This document shows positions 30,181-41,412 of a stretch of 64,000 nucleotides of DNA, one piece after another. Each line of letters opens with the position of its first letter. The stretch's first letter is position 1. The translations under genes were made by a program, and so were the position numbers. Below the pieces are notes generated by a model. The model was not told the origin of the DNA and did no database searches. It saw only the letters and a program-made list of their open reading frames with translations. The stretch comes from an uncultured Bacteroidota bacterium (lineage in GTDB: Bacteria > Bacteroidota > Bacteroidia > Bacteroidales > DTGW01): positions 24,355 through 88,354 of the forward strand of contig CAWKPE010000019.1 of the NCBI GenBank assembly GCA_963851385.1. The letters run 5' to 3'.

Positions 30181-33100
30181 CTATTTACTAATATTTATCC
30201 CTTCAGCAATTACAGCAGGTTTTTCACCACGAGTATCAGCATTTTCGACTTCTATCTTTACTGTTCGTTTTTCACCTGGCATTAGTGAAATATAGTTATC
30301 GCTGTAAATTACAGGAAGTATAAGATCGCCTGTCTTTTCCCTGATTACTTTCAATCTTACCATTAGAGCAGGATATTTAGTTGAATTGGTCAAAGTAGTT
30401 AATAAATACCATCGATTGTCTTTTTGTTCCATTGATGTTTCCTGAACTAACTTTACTTTTGGCATTTCTCTAATGGCTTTCCCATTTCCATTTTCCAACC
30501 CTCTGCAATAGAAATTCTCTGAAATTATTTTGTCTCCTTTCATCAATTTTAGCCTTATGAAATATATATTTGCAAGTCCTGTTGGGTACTGCATTTTAAA
30601 GCATCTTACAATATTATCTTCCCGGCAATCAAGTGCAGTATCTCTTTCCCATTTTACTGAACCGTCAAAATTCAGGACTTGCATGTTAGCCGTAAGTCCA
30701 GTACCCTCTCCGGAACTGTAGTTCACAACTTCAATACTGTCGGTGTAAGCGTTCCATTGTATATGCAAAGGTTCCGAGGCTTTTTTACATCCAAAATAAG
30801 CAGCAGTAGGTTCGAAATAATAGTCATAAGTCTGCCAAACCAAGGAAGGCCAGGCAGGATGGCTCATCCATAGAAGCATACCCATACGGTTTTTCCCCTG
30901 TGCTTCAAACATGGCACGATAACCCTCGTAGTTTATCCATTGAGCCAAACAGAGCCATTCTTTTATTTTATCAACTAGGCCAAAACTTTCAATTATCATT
31001 TGATTGAATGTTGATCCCTTTTGTGCACCATCCTGACAAAAATCATGAAGTCCCCACATATCATTCTGTGGCCACATTGATGAATCTGGCATCATATTTT
31101 TTAAACTTTCATAATTGACAATATTTGGCATTCCCAATTCACTGTGTAGTTTTGTCGTGGCTCTTTCTTTAAAATAAAATGAAACCGGCATAGCCCTGTA
31201 AGGCCCTCCCCCACTGACAATACCAGAAGCTGAATTGGAAATATATTTTATTTCCGGATGATTTATTGATAATATCTTCCTGATTGATGTATCAATAATA
31301 AGAGGAGGATTGCCTTCATTGCGCCCACAATATAAAGCAAGGGAAGGATGATTACGTATACGTTTCACATAATCCTCAACATTATTTATAAACATCTTAT
31401 TATCATCCGGATCTGGTCCGTCAAAAGGATTAGCCAGCCAAAAGTCCTGCCAGATCATAATACCATATTTATCACATGCATCATAAAATTCATCATTGCC
31501 TGTTTGACCCACCCAGTTTCGAATCATAGTAAAGTTCATTTCTTTATGATAACGTACAGCAATGTCATATTCTCTACTCCTGTATTGAAGCATAGATTCC
31601 GGGAAACCCCAATTTCCACCACGACCAATAAATCGTTTGCCGTTTATCCAAATTTTAAGTACTCCTCCTTCTTCTGAATAAGTCATTTTCCTGATACCTG
31701 TTTTTATTAATTTGTCATCCGACACCAGATTATCATTTGTTATAAACTTCAGTTCAACAGGATAAAGATTTTGTTCACCGTATCCGCAAGGCCACCAAAG
31801 TTTAGGATTATGGATTTTCAAAGCCGGATTTGCAGATGTATCGACTTTCACTATTTTTGTTTCCAAAGCTTTTAATGAAACAGATTGTTCAAAAACAATA
31901 TTACCGAATTTTCCTGCCAATTTTCCTGATAAAGCTGTAGAATCATGATTAACTAACAATACTTCTAAACTAATATTTGCTACTGTAGTATCCGGAAGTG
32001 GAATATCTGATTTAATAAAAGGATTATCAATTGTTACTTGTCCGTTAGCTGTAAGATAAACATTATTCCAAATCCCGGCATTTCTGCCACGAATTGTTGG
32101 AATCCAATCCCATCCTACCGATGCATGAAAAGTGGGATTATCTGCTCCCAGCTCACCTCCGTTTTTATCGGGAGTCATCTTCGATTGTTCTGTAACATAA
32201 CCAGGTTTATCATTTTTTTCAATGCAAACGGCAAGAGAATTTCTTAGCCCTGGGATAAGCAAATTACTGACATCAAATTTTCCCCGCATGAATGCTCCTT
32301 CAATGCGTCCTAACTTTTTGCCGTTTAAAAAAATATTTGCTTTCCAGTTTATACCATCAAAATTCAGAAAAACGTGTTTCCCTTTAAATGAAACCGGAGG
32401 TACAAATTCAGTTCGATACCAAAAGTCAGAATAAAAATATGAATCCGATATAAGTGTTTGGTTGTTACTAAAGTTCGGATCAGGTATGGCTCCGGCATTA
32501 AGGTAACTAACCAGTACAGTTCCCGGAACGGTTGCAACAACCCAATCATTATCACGAAATCCTGGAATAGAAAGCTCTTCTCCATTAACTTTGACCAATG
32601 ATTCTCGTTGCACTTTCCAGGAGCCACCTGATAAAAACATTTTTCCATCATTACCGATTGGTGGTGATGGCTTTGGACTTGCTACAAGTCCGCCCCGGCC
32701 AAATACTTCAATTTCGCTAAGTATATATCCATCTGATGATGCAGGCTGATTCATTAATAGTCGCACATACCTTCCTTTCACGGCTTGACCAAAATTGAAT
32801 TTATCTATTAATCCCTTTCCATTTGTATAGGTTTTTATATTTATCCAATTTGCAGCATCTTCTGATACTTGAATAGAACCATCCAATGCACGACGAATCC
32901 AATAAATATTTATTTGATCGAAATAACATGAAGCACCTAAATCAACATACACCCACTCATCCTTATTTCCCAGGCTTTTCCATGCGCTGGTGAAATTGTA
33001 AGGACCACCAATTTCAACTTTCTTATTATGATTAAAAACTGATACTTCAGCAACCCGCCAACTTTTTGAATTTAAAGAATTCAGTTCTACTTTATAAAAT

Positions 33101-33783
33101 TTATGAGAAGAACTTTTTTGTATATTGATAGAATAGTTATATGATCGCAGGTCTTTGGGCATCCAGCTTCTATAAGTTTCAGGAAACATTTCGCCCGGAA
33201 AACCTTTGCCATTGATCCGTCCAATTTCTTCCCATGAAATTGTATCATCAGAACCAAAAACTATACATTCCCAACCTTTAGCATCCAAATCATTTATTGA
33301 TAAATTACCCGAGATATTTATGTTGTCTATTCCAGTTTTTAATGTGTTTCCATTAGTTCCAAATATCATCCAAACCTTTGAGCCATTTAAAGTAATCGAA
33401 GACATCGGATTATGATCAAAGAAATACTCGCGTTCTTTTTTTATCAGATTACCGTATTCACTGCATGATGCAATTATCCACTCTGGCATTACAGTATCCT
33501 TAATACCATCAGTCAGCAATTGAGCCGTAAGATTGTAATCGTAACTGCTGGATTGATAAACTGGTCTCAGTAAGGCAAGATTCCGGTAAGTAGAATTGTC
33601 AATGAGCAATATTGGAGAAAAGTCTTCTTTAACATTTCCCGGATAAACACCTATACCTCTAGTACATTCCTGCGCATAAAGCGTAACTTTTGGATATAAT
33701 CCAAATATCAAAACAAAGACAAATGTAATACAAAACAAGTATAATTTGGATGTTTCACGATTTTGCAGGTAAATATCTCTCAT
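30181..33783 (-). CDS. glycoside hydrolase family 2 enzyme (beta-mannosidase / exo-glucosaminidase-like) with N-terminal discoidin-like domains
   Basis: 1200-aa uninterrupted ORF with a signal peptide. The GH2 TIM-barrel region reads GGNWGFPESML...AVRYHKEMNFTMIRNWVGQ...IMIWQDFWLANP...LALYCGRNEGNPP. The N-terminal 350 aa look like carbohydrate-binding beta-sandwiches. Confidence 0.75.
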   Translation of the reverse strand: MRDIYLQNRETSKLYLFCITFVFVLIFGLYPKVTLYAQECTRGIGVYPGNVKEDFSPILLIDNSTYRNLALLRPVYQSSSYDYNLTAQLLTDGIKDTVMPEWIIASCSEYGNLIKKEREYFFDHNPMSSITLNGSKVWMIFGTNGNTLKTGIDNINISGNLSINDLDAKGWECIVFGSDDTISWEEIGRINGKGFPGEMFPETYRSWMPKDLRSYNYSINIQKSSSHKFYKVELNSLNSKSWRVAEVSVFNHNKKVEIGGPYNFTSAWKSLGNKDEWVYVDLGASCYFDQINIYWIRRALDGSIQVSEDAANWINIKTYTNGKGLIDKFNFGQAVKGRYVRLLMNQPASSDGYILSEIEVFGRGGLVASPKPSPPIGNDGKMFLSGGSWKVQRESLVKVNGEELSIPGFRDNDWVVATVPGTVLVSYLNAGAIPDPNFSNNQTLISDSYFYSDFWYRTEFVPPVSFKGKHVFLNFDGINWKANIFLNGKKLGRIEGAFMRGKFDVSNLLIPGLRNSLAVCIEKNDKPGYVTEQSKMTPDKNGGELGADNPTFHASVGWDWIPTIRGRNAGIWNNVYLTANGQVTIDNPFIKSDIPLPDTTVANISLEVLLVNHDSTALSGKLAGKFGNIVFEQSVSLKALETKIVKVDTSANPALKIHNPKLWWPCGYGEQNLYPVELKFITNDNLVSDDKLIKTGIRKMTYSEEGGVLKIWINGKRFIGRGGNWGFPESMLQYRSREYDIAVRYHKEMNFTMIRNWVGQTGNDEFYDACDKYGIMIWQDFWLANPFDGPDPDDNKMFINNVEDYVKRIRNHPSLALYCGRNEGNPPLIIDTSIRKILSINHPEIKYISNSASGIVSGGGPYRAMPVSFYFKERATTKLHSELGMPNIVNYESLKNMMPDSSMWPQNDMWGLHDFCQDGAQKGSTFNQMIIESFGLVDKIKEWLCLAQWINYEGYRAMFEAQGKNRMGMLLWMSHPAWPSLVWQTYDYYFEPTAAYFGCKKASEPLHIQWNAYTDSIEVVNYSSGEGTGLTANMQVLNFDGSVKWERDTALDCREDNIVRCFKMQYPTGLANIYFIRLKLMKGDKIISENFYCRGLENGNGKAIREMPKVKLVQETSMEQKDNRWYLLTTLTNSTKYPALMVRLKVIREKTGDLILPVIYSDNYISLMPGEKRTVKIEVENADTRGEKPAVIAEGINISK

Positions 33784-33878
33784 ATGTCTTTTCTATATAA
33801 TAATTGTTCCTATCAGGTATATGATATATCTTAAAATTGAACAGTATGAATCCCTGTATTTACTTTATCTTTATATAC

Positions 33879-35099
33879 TTAAAGGAATTTCAAGCAGACT
33901 GGACTTGAAATTACCGTTTGATTTCCGGTACTTGTAAGTGTGCCATCAGAATAATTTATTTTGAAAATAATAATCTTATTTCCATCCTGGCATGCAACCA
34001 AAAGAAATTTTCCGCTTGGATCTATAACGAAATTGCGCGGTGTTGTTCCACCTACAGACTGGTACCCAATATTGCTCAGTTCACCCGTACTCTGGTCTAT
34101 GGAATACATGGCAATGTTATTGTACGCGCCACGATTAGATGCATAAAGGTATTTGCCATCAGGAGTAATATGAATATCAGCAGCAGAAGGATTAGTCGAT
34201 CCTGCCGGAAGAGTTGAAATTGTATCAATTAAAGTTAATACACCTGTTGAATTATTCACACTATACTCTTCAATCAAACCCATTAACTCACATACCACAT
34301 AGAACCATTTCTGATTGGGATGAATTGAAATGTGCCTTGGTCCTGCCCCGGTTATTGTAGATACATCATCACCTATATCTGTCAAGAGCCCGGTAGTGGT
34401 ATTGAGGCTATAAATAAATATTTTATCAAGACCTAAATCGGTATTGTACACAAAATTGTTTGCTGCCTGAATTATCATGTGAGCATGGGGCGATGTACCT
34501 GTATGCTGGTCAGTAGAAGTTGCATTTCCAAGCGAACCGTCAGCATTTATGGGACAAACTGCTACACTTCCACTATTATAGTTAGCTGTCATTACGTATT
34601 TCTCAGTATTATCAATACTTATGAAGCATGGACCATTTCCCCCGGAAGAAACCGAATTAATAGCTGTTATTTTATTTTGAACCGAATCGAAACTAAAAGA
34701 ACTTAAGGTATTTGCAGATTCATTTACTGAATAAATCCATTTCTTATTCGGATGTATTACCAGATAAGATGGATCAATTGTATTTGATGAAGTACAGACA
34801 TAACTCAGCGCACCTGTTGAAGTGTCCATTTTATAAACATATATTCCTGTTGATGATCCGGAAGTATAAGTGCCAATGAAAACCAAATCAGTCTTTTCTG
34901 TCTCTATAGACTTACTGGTTGTATCATTTGTTTTTATTTGTGCTGAAGTAGTATCCTTATTAAGGACCTTTGAAGTACTTGTCTGTTCTTTTACCACTAA
35001 CTTTTCCTTTTCAGAACAATTGAGGTTAAAAAATATACCTATACCAATGAGGATTACCGCGAATGTTATTTGACAGATATTTTTTGTTTTCATAATCAA
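33879..35099 (-). CDS. lactonase, 7-bladed beta-propeller family (Pgl-like), lipoprotein
   Basis: Signal with Cys (IFFNLNCS) and a Thr/Ser-rich linker. Repeated propeller blades are present (GPRHISIHPNQKWFYV, IHITPDGKYLYASNRG, PRNFVIDPSGKFLLVA). It is co-directional with the GH2 gene and 95 bp downstream of it. Confidence 0.7.
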   Translation of the reverse strand: MIMKTKNICQITFAVILIGIGIFFNLNCSEKEKLVVKEQTSTSKVLNKDTTSAQIKTNDTTSKSIETEKTDLVFIGTYTSGSSTGIYVYKMDTSTGALSYVCTSSNTIDPSYLVIHPNKKWIYSVNESANTLSSFSFDSVQNKITAINSVSSGGNGPCFISIDNTEKYVMTANYNSGSVAVCPINADGSLGNATSTDQHTGTSPHAHMIIQAANNFVYNTDLGLDKIFIYSLNTTTGLLTDIGDDVSTITGAGPRHISIHPNQKWFYVVCELMGLIEEYSVNNSTGVLTLIDTISTLPAGSTNPSAADIHITPDGKYLYASNRGAYNNIAMYSIDQSTGELSNIGYQSVGGTTPRNFVIDPSGKFLLVACQDGNKIIIFKINYSDGTLTSTGNQTVISSPVCLKFL

Positions 35100-35228
35100 T
35101 ATTTTTATAGTTCAAATTTATCCAATTATTTTGAACGTTTTGGGATTGAATGTGTATTATCATTGAATTCGAATAAAAGTAATGTGCATTACTCTATCAA
35201 TTTTGTAAAATATTTAAAAATAAATAAA

Positions 35229-36401
35229 ATGAGAAAAATAGTTTTTATTAGCTTGACTATAGCAATGTGCACGGCCTTTTTAAAAGCCCAGGAACCTGAA
35301 CAGGTTTATTCTATTGCAAGAGTTCCTAAGCCTCATGAATGGTATCTAAAGCAAGCCGAACTCTGGTGGAAGGAAATTCAAAAAGACAAGAAAAATGAAA
35401 ATGCCTGGTATAATTATTTTATGGCTAACCGAATGGCTGCTTTTGGTTTTGACAATCATGGTGACAATAACAAAAAGTACTATGAAGAAATAACATTTCT
35501 AATGAATCCGGATTCACTCGTAAATCAAGCTCAAAAATATGTACCAAATACTTTTACGAGCCATTATTTAATTTGGAGAAACCAAGGTTGTACACCAAAA
35601 AATTTTCCCCATTTAGAAAAGGCATATTCAATAAATCCTAATTTTTATGGCATTAATGAAGAAATGATGATACATTATGAAACCCAATGTAATTTAGAGA
35701 AACGAAAAGAATATAATATTAAGTGGTACAAAATTAACGAATTGTCTTCTGGCTTACTTGCCTATAATTATAATGTTTTAATGACTCTAAAACCAAATGC
35801 AGCAATTATTACATTTATGGATAACGATTCTTGTCCTCTTTGGATGCTGCAAGATGCTCTTGGAATTCGACAAGATGTAACAGTATTAAATGTTTTCACG
35901 CTTAGTATTCAAGAATATCGGGAAAAGATCTTTAAAAAATTGAATATCCCTCAACTGCCTAAAATTTCTTCAGATAGTTCAAATTATGCTAGTATGGATG
36001 ACATTTTTAACCACATTATTAAAAATAAACCTACAAATTTACCTTTATATATAGGCTTACCTGCATGGAAACAATTTAAAGATTACAGTCAGAATCTTTA
36101 TTTAGTTGGGTTAGCTTTAGAGTACTCCTCTGAAAATATTGATAATATTGCACTATTAAAAAACAATTTCGAAAATAATTACGTTCTTGATTATATAAAA
36201 ATCAGATTTGAAAATGATATTAGTAAAGAAGAGGTAGAAAGAGTCAATATTAATTATTTGCCAGGAATATTCAAACTTTATGAACATTATACCTTAAGCG
36301 GCGATTTAACCTATGCTCAAAAAATGAAAGAACTTGGGTTATTTATTGCCCAAAAAGCCGGAAAAGAATGGTACGATAAAGCAATAGCAATTCTTAAATA
36401 G
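35229..36401 (+). CDS. secreted hypothetical protein
   Basis: The track ORF starts at TTG 35070. ATG at 35229 gives a clean signal peptide (MRKIVFISLTIAMCTAFLKAQ). I recognise no family motif. Confidence 0.6.
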   Translation: MRKIVFISLTIAMCTAFLKAQEPEQVYSIARVPKPHEWYLKQAELWWKEIQKDKKNENAWYNYFMANRMAAFGFDNHGDNNKKYYEEITFLMNPDSLVNQAQKYVPNTFTSHYLIWRNQGCTPKNFPHLEKAYSINPNFYGINEEMMIHYETQCNLEKRKEYNIKWYKINELSSGLLAYNYNVLMTLKPNAAIITFMDNDSCPLWMLQDALGIRQDVTVLNVFTLSIQEYREKIFKKLNIPQLPKISSDSSNYASMDDIFNHIIKNKPTNLPLYIGLPAWKQFKDYSQNLYLVGLALEYSSENIDNIALLKNNFENNYVLDYIKIRFENDISKEEVERVNINYLPGIFKLYEHYTLSGDLTYAQKMKELGLFIAQKAGKEWYDKAIAILK

Positions 36402-36406
36402 ATTTT

Positions 36407-36940
36407 ATGAAATCATTCACAGACGAGCAATTAATGAATATATTTCAGACTGACAGAGGCAGTCAGAAGCAAGTTGCATTTGACTGTCTTTACCAACGTT
36501 ATTCTAAAGCAATATTACAGTTTTTTTATTTTGCTTTAAAAAATGATCATGCAAAAGCACAAGATTTTGTACATGATCTCTTTGTCAAAATAATTGAAAA
36601 GCCAAACTTGTTTGATTTAAACCAAAATTTTAAAGCCTGGATTTACCGTGTTGCTTCAAATATGTGTAAAAATGAATACCGGAGAAGTTTAATTAACCAG
36701 AAGTATTACTCGTATATGACCGATGCCAGAGAAAATATAGTTGTAATTAACGATACAGAAAAAAAACTTCACAATTGTATTTGCCGGTTAAGCCAGGAAC
36801 ACCGGTCGCTAATTGCATTACGTTTTAAAATGAATTTGACGGTAAAAGAAATAGCCGGTATTTATGAATGCCCTGAAGGTACAATAAAATCAAGGCTTTT
36901 TTATGCAACCAAAGAATTGTCAAAACTATATAAACAATAA
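36407..36940 (+). CDS. ECF-type RNA polymerase sigma-70 family factor
   Basis: 177 aa. Region 2 reads AQDFVHDLFVKI...KAWIYRVASNMCKNEYR. The region 4 HTH reads LTVKEIAGIYECPEGTIKSRLFYATKEL. Confidence 0.8.
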   Translation: MKSFTDEQLMNIFQTDRGSQKQVAFDCLYQRYSKAILQFFYFALKNDHAKAQDFVHDLFVKIIEKPNLFDLNQNFKAWIYRVASNMCKNEYRRSLINQKYYSYMTDARENIVVINDTEKKLHNCICRLSQEHRSLIALRFKMNLTVKEIAGIYECPEGTIKSRLFYATKELSKLYKQ

Positions 36941-36944
36941 TATT

Positions 36945-37568
36945 ATGGCAACAGATCAAAATATTGAAAAAATATATCAGCTGGTGGAACAATTTGAATT
37001 TACTGAATTACCTGCTGAAGATAAATTATTTGTAATAACCTATTTTTCTGAGTCTGACTACCAGAGGATGCGTGAAACGATTAAAGAAACCAAAAATTAT
37101 TTTGAAAATACTCCGGAATTAACACTAGATGATTCGATATATAAATCTTTGTCAGTTCTGGTAAGGAATAAAAACGTTATACTTAAATTTGCGAAATATC
37201 CTTTAGAATTATACAAAGTTGCAGCATCTGTCCTCATTATTTTAGGTATCACTTTAATGGCATTTTATAAAAGCTATCAAAGCTATTCCAGTAACGTTGT
37301 CGTTAAGGATACAATTTATATAAAGAAAACTGATACAGTATTTTCAATAATAAGAGATACTATTCAAATTGTAAAAAATCTGGTTGTATACATTCCGCAA
37401 AAATCTGATACAAATATTCGGAATACTTATCTTGCAAATAATATTGGCACATCGAATTGCAGGAATGAAATTTGTCCTTCCGATATTGAAAAAATTACCG
37501 GACTGGCAGGTACCAATAACATTTCAAGGGATTCCTTCCTTACGGATTTCATGGTGTCTTTAAAATAG
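36945..37568 (+). CDS. putative anti-sigma factor (single-pass membrane protein)
   Basis: ATG at 36945 is 5 nt after the sigma gene stop. It has one TM helix (VAASVLIILGITLMAFY). The call rests on position and topology only. Confidence 0.5.
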   Translation: MATDQNIEKIYQLVEQFEFTELPAEDKLFVITYFSESDYQRMRETIKETKNYFENTPELTLDDSIYKSLSVLVRNKNVILKFAKYPLELYKVAASVLIILGITLMAFYKSYQSYSSNVVVKDTIYIKKTDTVFSIIRDTIQIVKNLVVYIPQKSDTNIRNTYLANNIGTSNCRNEICPSDIEKITGLAGTNNISRDSFLTDFMVSLK

Positions 37569-37642
37569 CTTTGAGTAGTAATCAATTAATTCAAAGTTGA
37601 TATTTCAATGAAAATAAAATTGTTTGAAGTACAAAAAAAACT

Positions 37643-37650
37643 TATCTTTG
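37643..37650 (+). promoter_or_regulatory. candidate Bacteroidota -7 box (TATCTTTG = TAnnTTTG)
   Basis: It is an exact match to TAnnTTTG. A TTTG lies about 17 nt upstream (37623-37626). The intrinsic terminator at 37790-37820 lies about 150 nt downstream. Confidence 0.35.
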
Positions 37651-37789
37651 TTTCATAGAAAATAAAAATGAGTATTAACAGAAAGCATACTTCCTCAGTT
37701 AAAAGGTCCACAAAGAGTGTGACTCGGGAGGGTATTTGCTATTTGTTTGTGAAAATTTGATATGAAAAATAAATACACAAAATAGTTTG

Positions 37790-37820
37790 GCCCTCCGAAT
37801 TTCGGGGGGCTTTTTGTTTT
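37790..37820 (+). terminator. rho-independent terminator
   Basis: GCCCTCCG / CGGGGGGC forms an 8-bp GC-rich stem with one G-U pair and a 5-nt loop. It is followed by TTTTTGTTTT. Confidence 0.7.
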
Positions 37821-37839
37821 ATATATAATTTAAAAACTT

Positions 37840-38580
37840 ATGATTACTTCAATAGAAATTAAAAAGATGGCCTTGCGCAATGGTGCTGACCTGTGCGGTA
37901 TTGCCCCGGTGGAGCGTTTTGAACACGCACCTGTAGGATTTCATCCTACCGACATTTATCCTGGAACAAAATCTGTAATAGTTATTGCAAAACAGGAAAT
38001 TGAAAGTACTTTGTACTCCAAATCAGCTGTAGCATATACATTTGCTACCGAAATGATCTTGAATGAAGTGTTCAGGATAACTATTGAAATAGCTGAAAAA
38101 TTAGAGCAGAAAGGCGTAATCGCAATTCCTGTTCCTTCCGAGCCATATGAATACTGGGATGAAAAAGAACTGACCGGGAAAGGAATTCTCTCATTAAAAC
38201 ATGCTGCTCATTTATCCGGTTTAGGCGTTATCGGTAAAAACACATTGCTTATAAATAAAAAATATGGCAATTTGATCAGATTGGGAGCCATACTAACTGA
38301 TGCAAAACTTGAAGGTGACTGCATAGATGATTCTGTACTTTGCAAAGACACTTGTAATCTTTGTTTGAAGAGCTGTCCGGTTAACGCTATAAATGGGAAT
38401 ATTGTAATTCAAAAGAAATGCAGACCTAATTCCGGAATTACTAATAAAAAAGGATATTCGCTCTATATTTGCAACACTTGTCGGAAGGTTTGTCCTTACA
38501 GAGCCGGCGGCATTGTGAATAATAATAATGACCCGATCAAATTGAAAACTCTTATTCAAATTAAACATTTAATGAAATAA
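37840..38580 (+). CDS. 4Fe-4S ferredoxin-domain protein, epoxyqueuosine-reductase / reductive-dehalogenase-like
   Basis: 246 aa with two cluster motifs, CKDTCNLCLKSCP and CNTCRKVCP. The N-terminal part resembles the QueG-type fold (GADLCGIAPVERF). Specific function is uncertain. Confidence 0.6.
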   Translation: MITSIEIKKMALRNGADLCGIAPVERFEHAPVGFHPTDIYPGTKSVIVIAKQEIESTLYSKSAVAYTFATEMILNEVFRITIEIAEKLEQKGVIAIPVPSEPYEYWDEKELTGKGILSLKHAAHLSGLGVIGKNTLLINKKYGNLIRLGAILTDAKLEGDCIDDSVLCKDTCNLCLKSCPVNAINGNIVIQKKCRPNSGITNKKGYSLYICNTCRKVCPYRAGGIVNNNNDPIKLKTLIQIKHLMK

Positions 38581-38602
38581 TTGAACTGAGTTTATGTAGT
38601 CT

Positions 38603-41034
38603 TTATTTCTTTTTTAAATAAAGATAGTCGAGATAGTAAATTACTTTAACTGAAAAACTATTGGTTTGAGGAGAATTAATAATATTCTCAAAATTTTTAA
38701 AATATGAATATGTTATTATATTATCGTCCCTTTCAATTATGTTTTTCCAGACAACATACAGTTCGCTTCCGGGTGCAAAACGCCATGAATATATCATATC
38801 AATATTAAATGCGTTATAACATTTGTTATTATTGTCAGAATAATTGCTTTTTTTTAATGTTCCGTCATTATTCAACTCATAATATTGATTATCATAGACT
38901 GCATTTTGATTATAGTGTCTTAAACGAAAGCTGAGATAAGAGTTACAACTAAAAATATATTTTGTAGTAAACGTATTTGTAATAGTTCTCACGTTACGTT
39001 TACCAAAATAAATTGTGTCTTCATGAACACTTGTATTGACCCATCCTTTTAATTTATGAATATAGTCATAATCTAATTCATAGGAAAATGAAAGTTTATC
39101 CGTTACGCGATAATATATCCATTGATTAAACCAGTATTCAAAAAGTTCGGGATCATCAGTCCATTTTCTTCCCGGGTTAAACATTAAAGATATTTTTTCC
39201 CTTGGGTCTGTATTTATCCAACCTCCAAAATGATATAATTTGTTAAAAGGAATAACGTACCTGCCTTTTACCCTGGGTTCATAATAATCTTTGTCACCAT
39301 CAGGGTAATAAGTTGCATTTATACCTGCTGAATATTGATTGCTGAATGTAGCATCAGAATGAAAAAACAAATTTGTAGATGTATATACAGAAGGGTTGTA
39401 CATACTATTATAATACATATCTAAATATGTAAACCAATACAAAATTTTCCAAAAAGGCTTTGTTACTTCGTACCTGATAAAAAGTTCAGTAGATTTATAA
39501 TTGTTTTTCTCCAAATATCCCAAATCGTTTATATCATACTTATCCGATAATAAAAGATAAGAAAGATAACCCTGGAATTTGCCGGCTATTCTTCCAGCTT
39601 TTAGATAATATGAATGACCGAATTCAGAATTTGCTAGTATCCCTGTGTTTTTGACTTATATACTCCCCTGGTTTGTATCCCATAGGTTTTTGTTTTGTTT
39701 TTAAGTAACCAGTTCGCTTCCTGTAACATTTGCCATATAACCGTCCTTTTCCATCCAGGAGTTGTATTGGTAAGATTTATATAAGAATTGTTTTTTAGCT
39801 CTTGATCTAAAACAATCAGGTTATAATTGGTGAACGGTTGTGTTTCAAATTTTCTTTCTACACCGTTAGAATCAGCAATAGTAGCATATGTGCTCCCCGT
39901 TATCGCATTGAAAAAACCAATTCCTAATCCTGTATTTGTTCTCCCTGATATTTTTGTTGCATTAATTATACGGGTTGTTAAGGGGTTTGAAATAATTGTA
40001 TCGCCGTTTTTTAAATAATTAACTACGCTATCGTGTCTGTATGGTGTTCCACCGATTCTCCTGGAGTAAAATAGACCCAGTTTGTTGAACAATTCCGTTC
40101 CTTCAGTAAAAAAGGGTCTCTTTTCACCATAATATGTTTCATATGGAGAAAGATTCAAAATTCTATCATCGGATTGAACCTGGCCAAAATCAGGAATCAT
40201 GGTCATATCGAGTGTAAAACTTTCGTTTATTCCATATTTAAGATCCAAACCTCCATTGAATGTGGAACCCCATTTTTTATAATCAGGATTCTTTTCAACA
40301 TACTCCGAAATATAGGGCATCAAAGAAAGCCGTAAGGGAGGTTTAATATTTTCAACACCCATCATCTTACCTGATTGGTTTAGAATACCATCTTTTTGCC
40401 TGTCTACAAAAACCCAGTTGGTGTTTTGCCGATGCCGCATTATATTTCTCCAGATGTTTATTTTCCAATTTTGTACATCGGTTCTGGGAAATCGAAGAGC
40501 AGTGAAAGGAATTTTAATTTCAGCTATCCAACCACTGTCTGTTATACTTACACAACTTTGCCACACTGCATCCCAACTCGCATCCTCATTATAATGATCG
40601 ACTTTCACATCATATTGCACACCTGAAGCTGTAACAAAGAAACCAAATCCATTCATTCCGGTTCCAGATGGATCAAAATAAATGCCCATATAATCGGCAT
40701 TGTAAATATTGTCTCTTTCACTTAATTCTGTTAAAATACTGTCTGGTGCTGAATCGTATAACATAGCACCTATATATAAAGCTGTATTATCATATAAAAA
40801 TTTAATTTCCGATTTTTGCCAGGCAGGAGCTCCGTTATTTGGAGAAAATTGAACAAAATCTTTAGCAACGGGAACATTTTTCCAGGCTTCATCATTCAGC
40901 TTTCCATCAATAATAGGCGGATTATCTGTCCTCACTACCTTGATAGTTTTAGTGCTATCTTGGGCTACCAGTGACATTGAATTCATCATTAATAAAATTA
41001 ATTCACTGCAAAAAAATATGAGGTTTCTGGTCAT
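38603..41034 (-). pseudogene. CBM9-like / DUF5916 outer-membrane-associated protein, frameshifted
   Basis: The N-terminal ORF (39634-41106; likely start MTRNLIFF at 41034) has DGKLNDEAWKN...F.QFSPNNG. The C-terminal ORF is 38603-39523. Between about 39,620 and 39,780 the reading frame must change at least three times to keep a sensible protein (NSWMEKDGYMANVTGSELVT / KNKTKTYGIQTRG / VKNTGILANSEFGHSYYLKAGR). Confidence 0.7.
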
Positions 41035-41412
41035 ACCGTTATTCTGTACAAATATGTAACGTAAATGAATATTTAATTTAAAGAAATTTCTATTTTTGAA
41101 ATGCAACGTATTAAGGTTGACTAAGGACTTAAAAAATAAACTTAAAAATACGAATATATAAAATTTGTCTGCTTTATTGCTATTATAGAAACTAGTTTTA
41201 CGGCAGCTTTAAAAATAAATTTTAAGTACTATTAATATTCAATTTCAATGCAAAATGCTGAATTTATAAAACAGATAGATTATAACATTACAAAATGTAC
41301 AATTTAATGCAATAACTATTTTGTTTAAGTCTACCTTAAATATTAAATGTATCATAAATTAACATCAGTTCTATGTAAGAAAATATTTAAATGCTTTGTT
41401 TTAAACACTTTT

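Noticed and set aside
37794-37806. The near-identical palindrome TCCGAA(A)TTTCGGG occurs both in the 37.8-kb terminator and in the 41.57-kb hairpin, hinting at a shared repeat family
   Set aside because: Only about 13 nt are shared and the flanks are unrelated. A short GC-rich palindrome can recur by chance. It is worth a genome-wide count but is not supportable from this window.
37569-37839. Possible preQ1 or other riboswitch upstream of the QueG-like Fe-S gene
   Set aside because: I could not find the conserved preQ1-I/II cores, a cobalamin B12 box, or any other riboswitch signature I know. Only a promoter-like box and a terminator are supportable.
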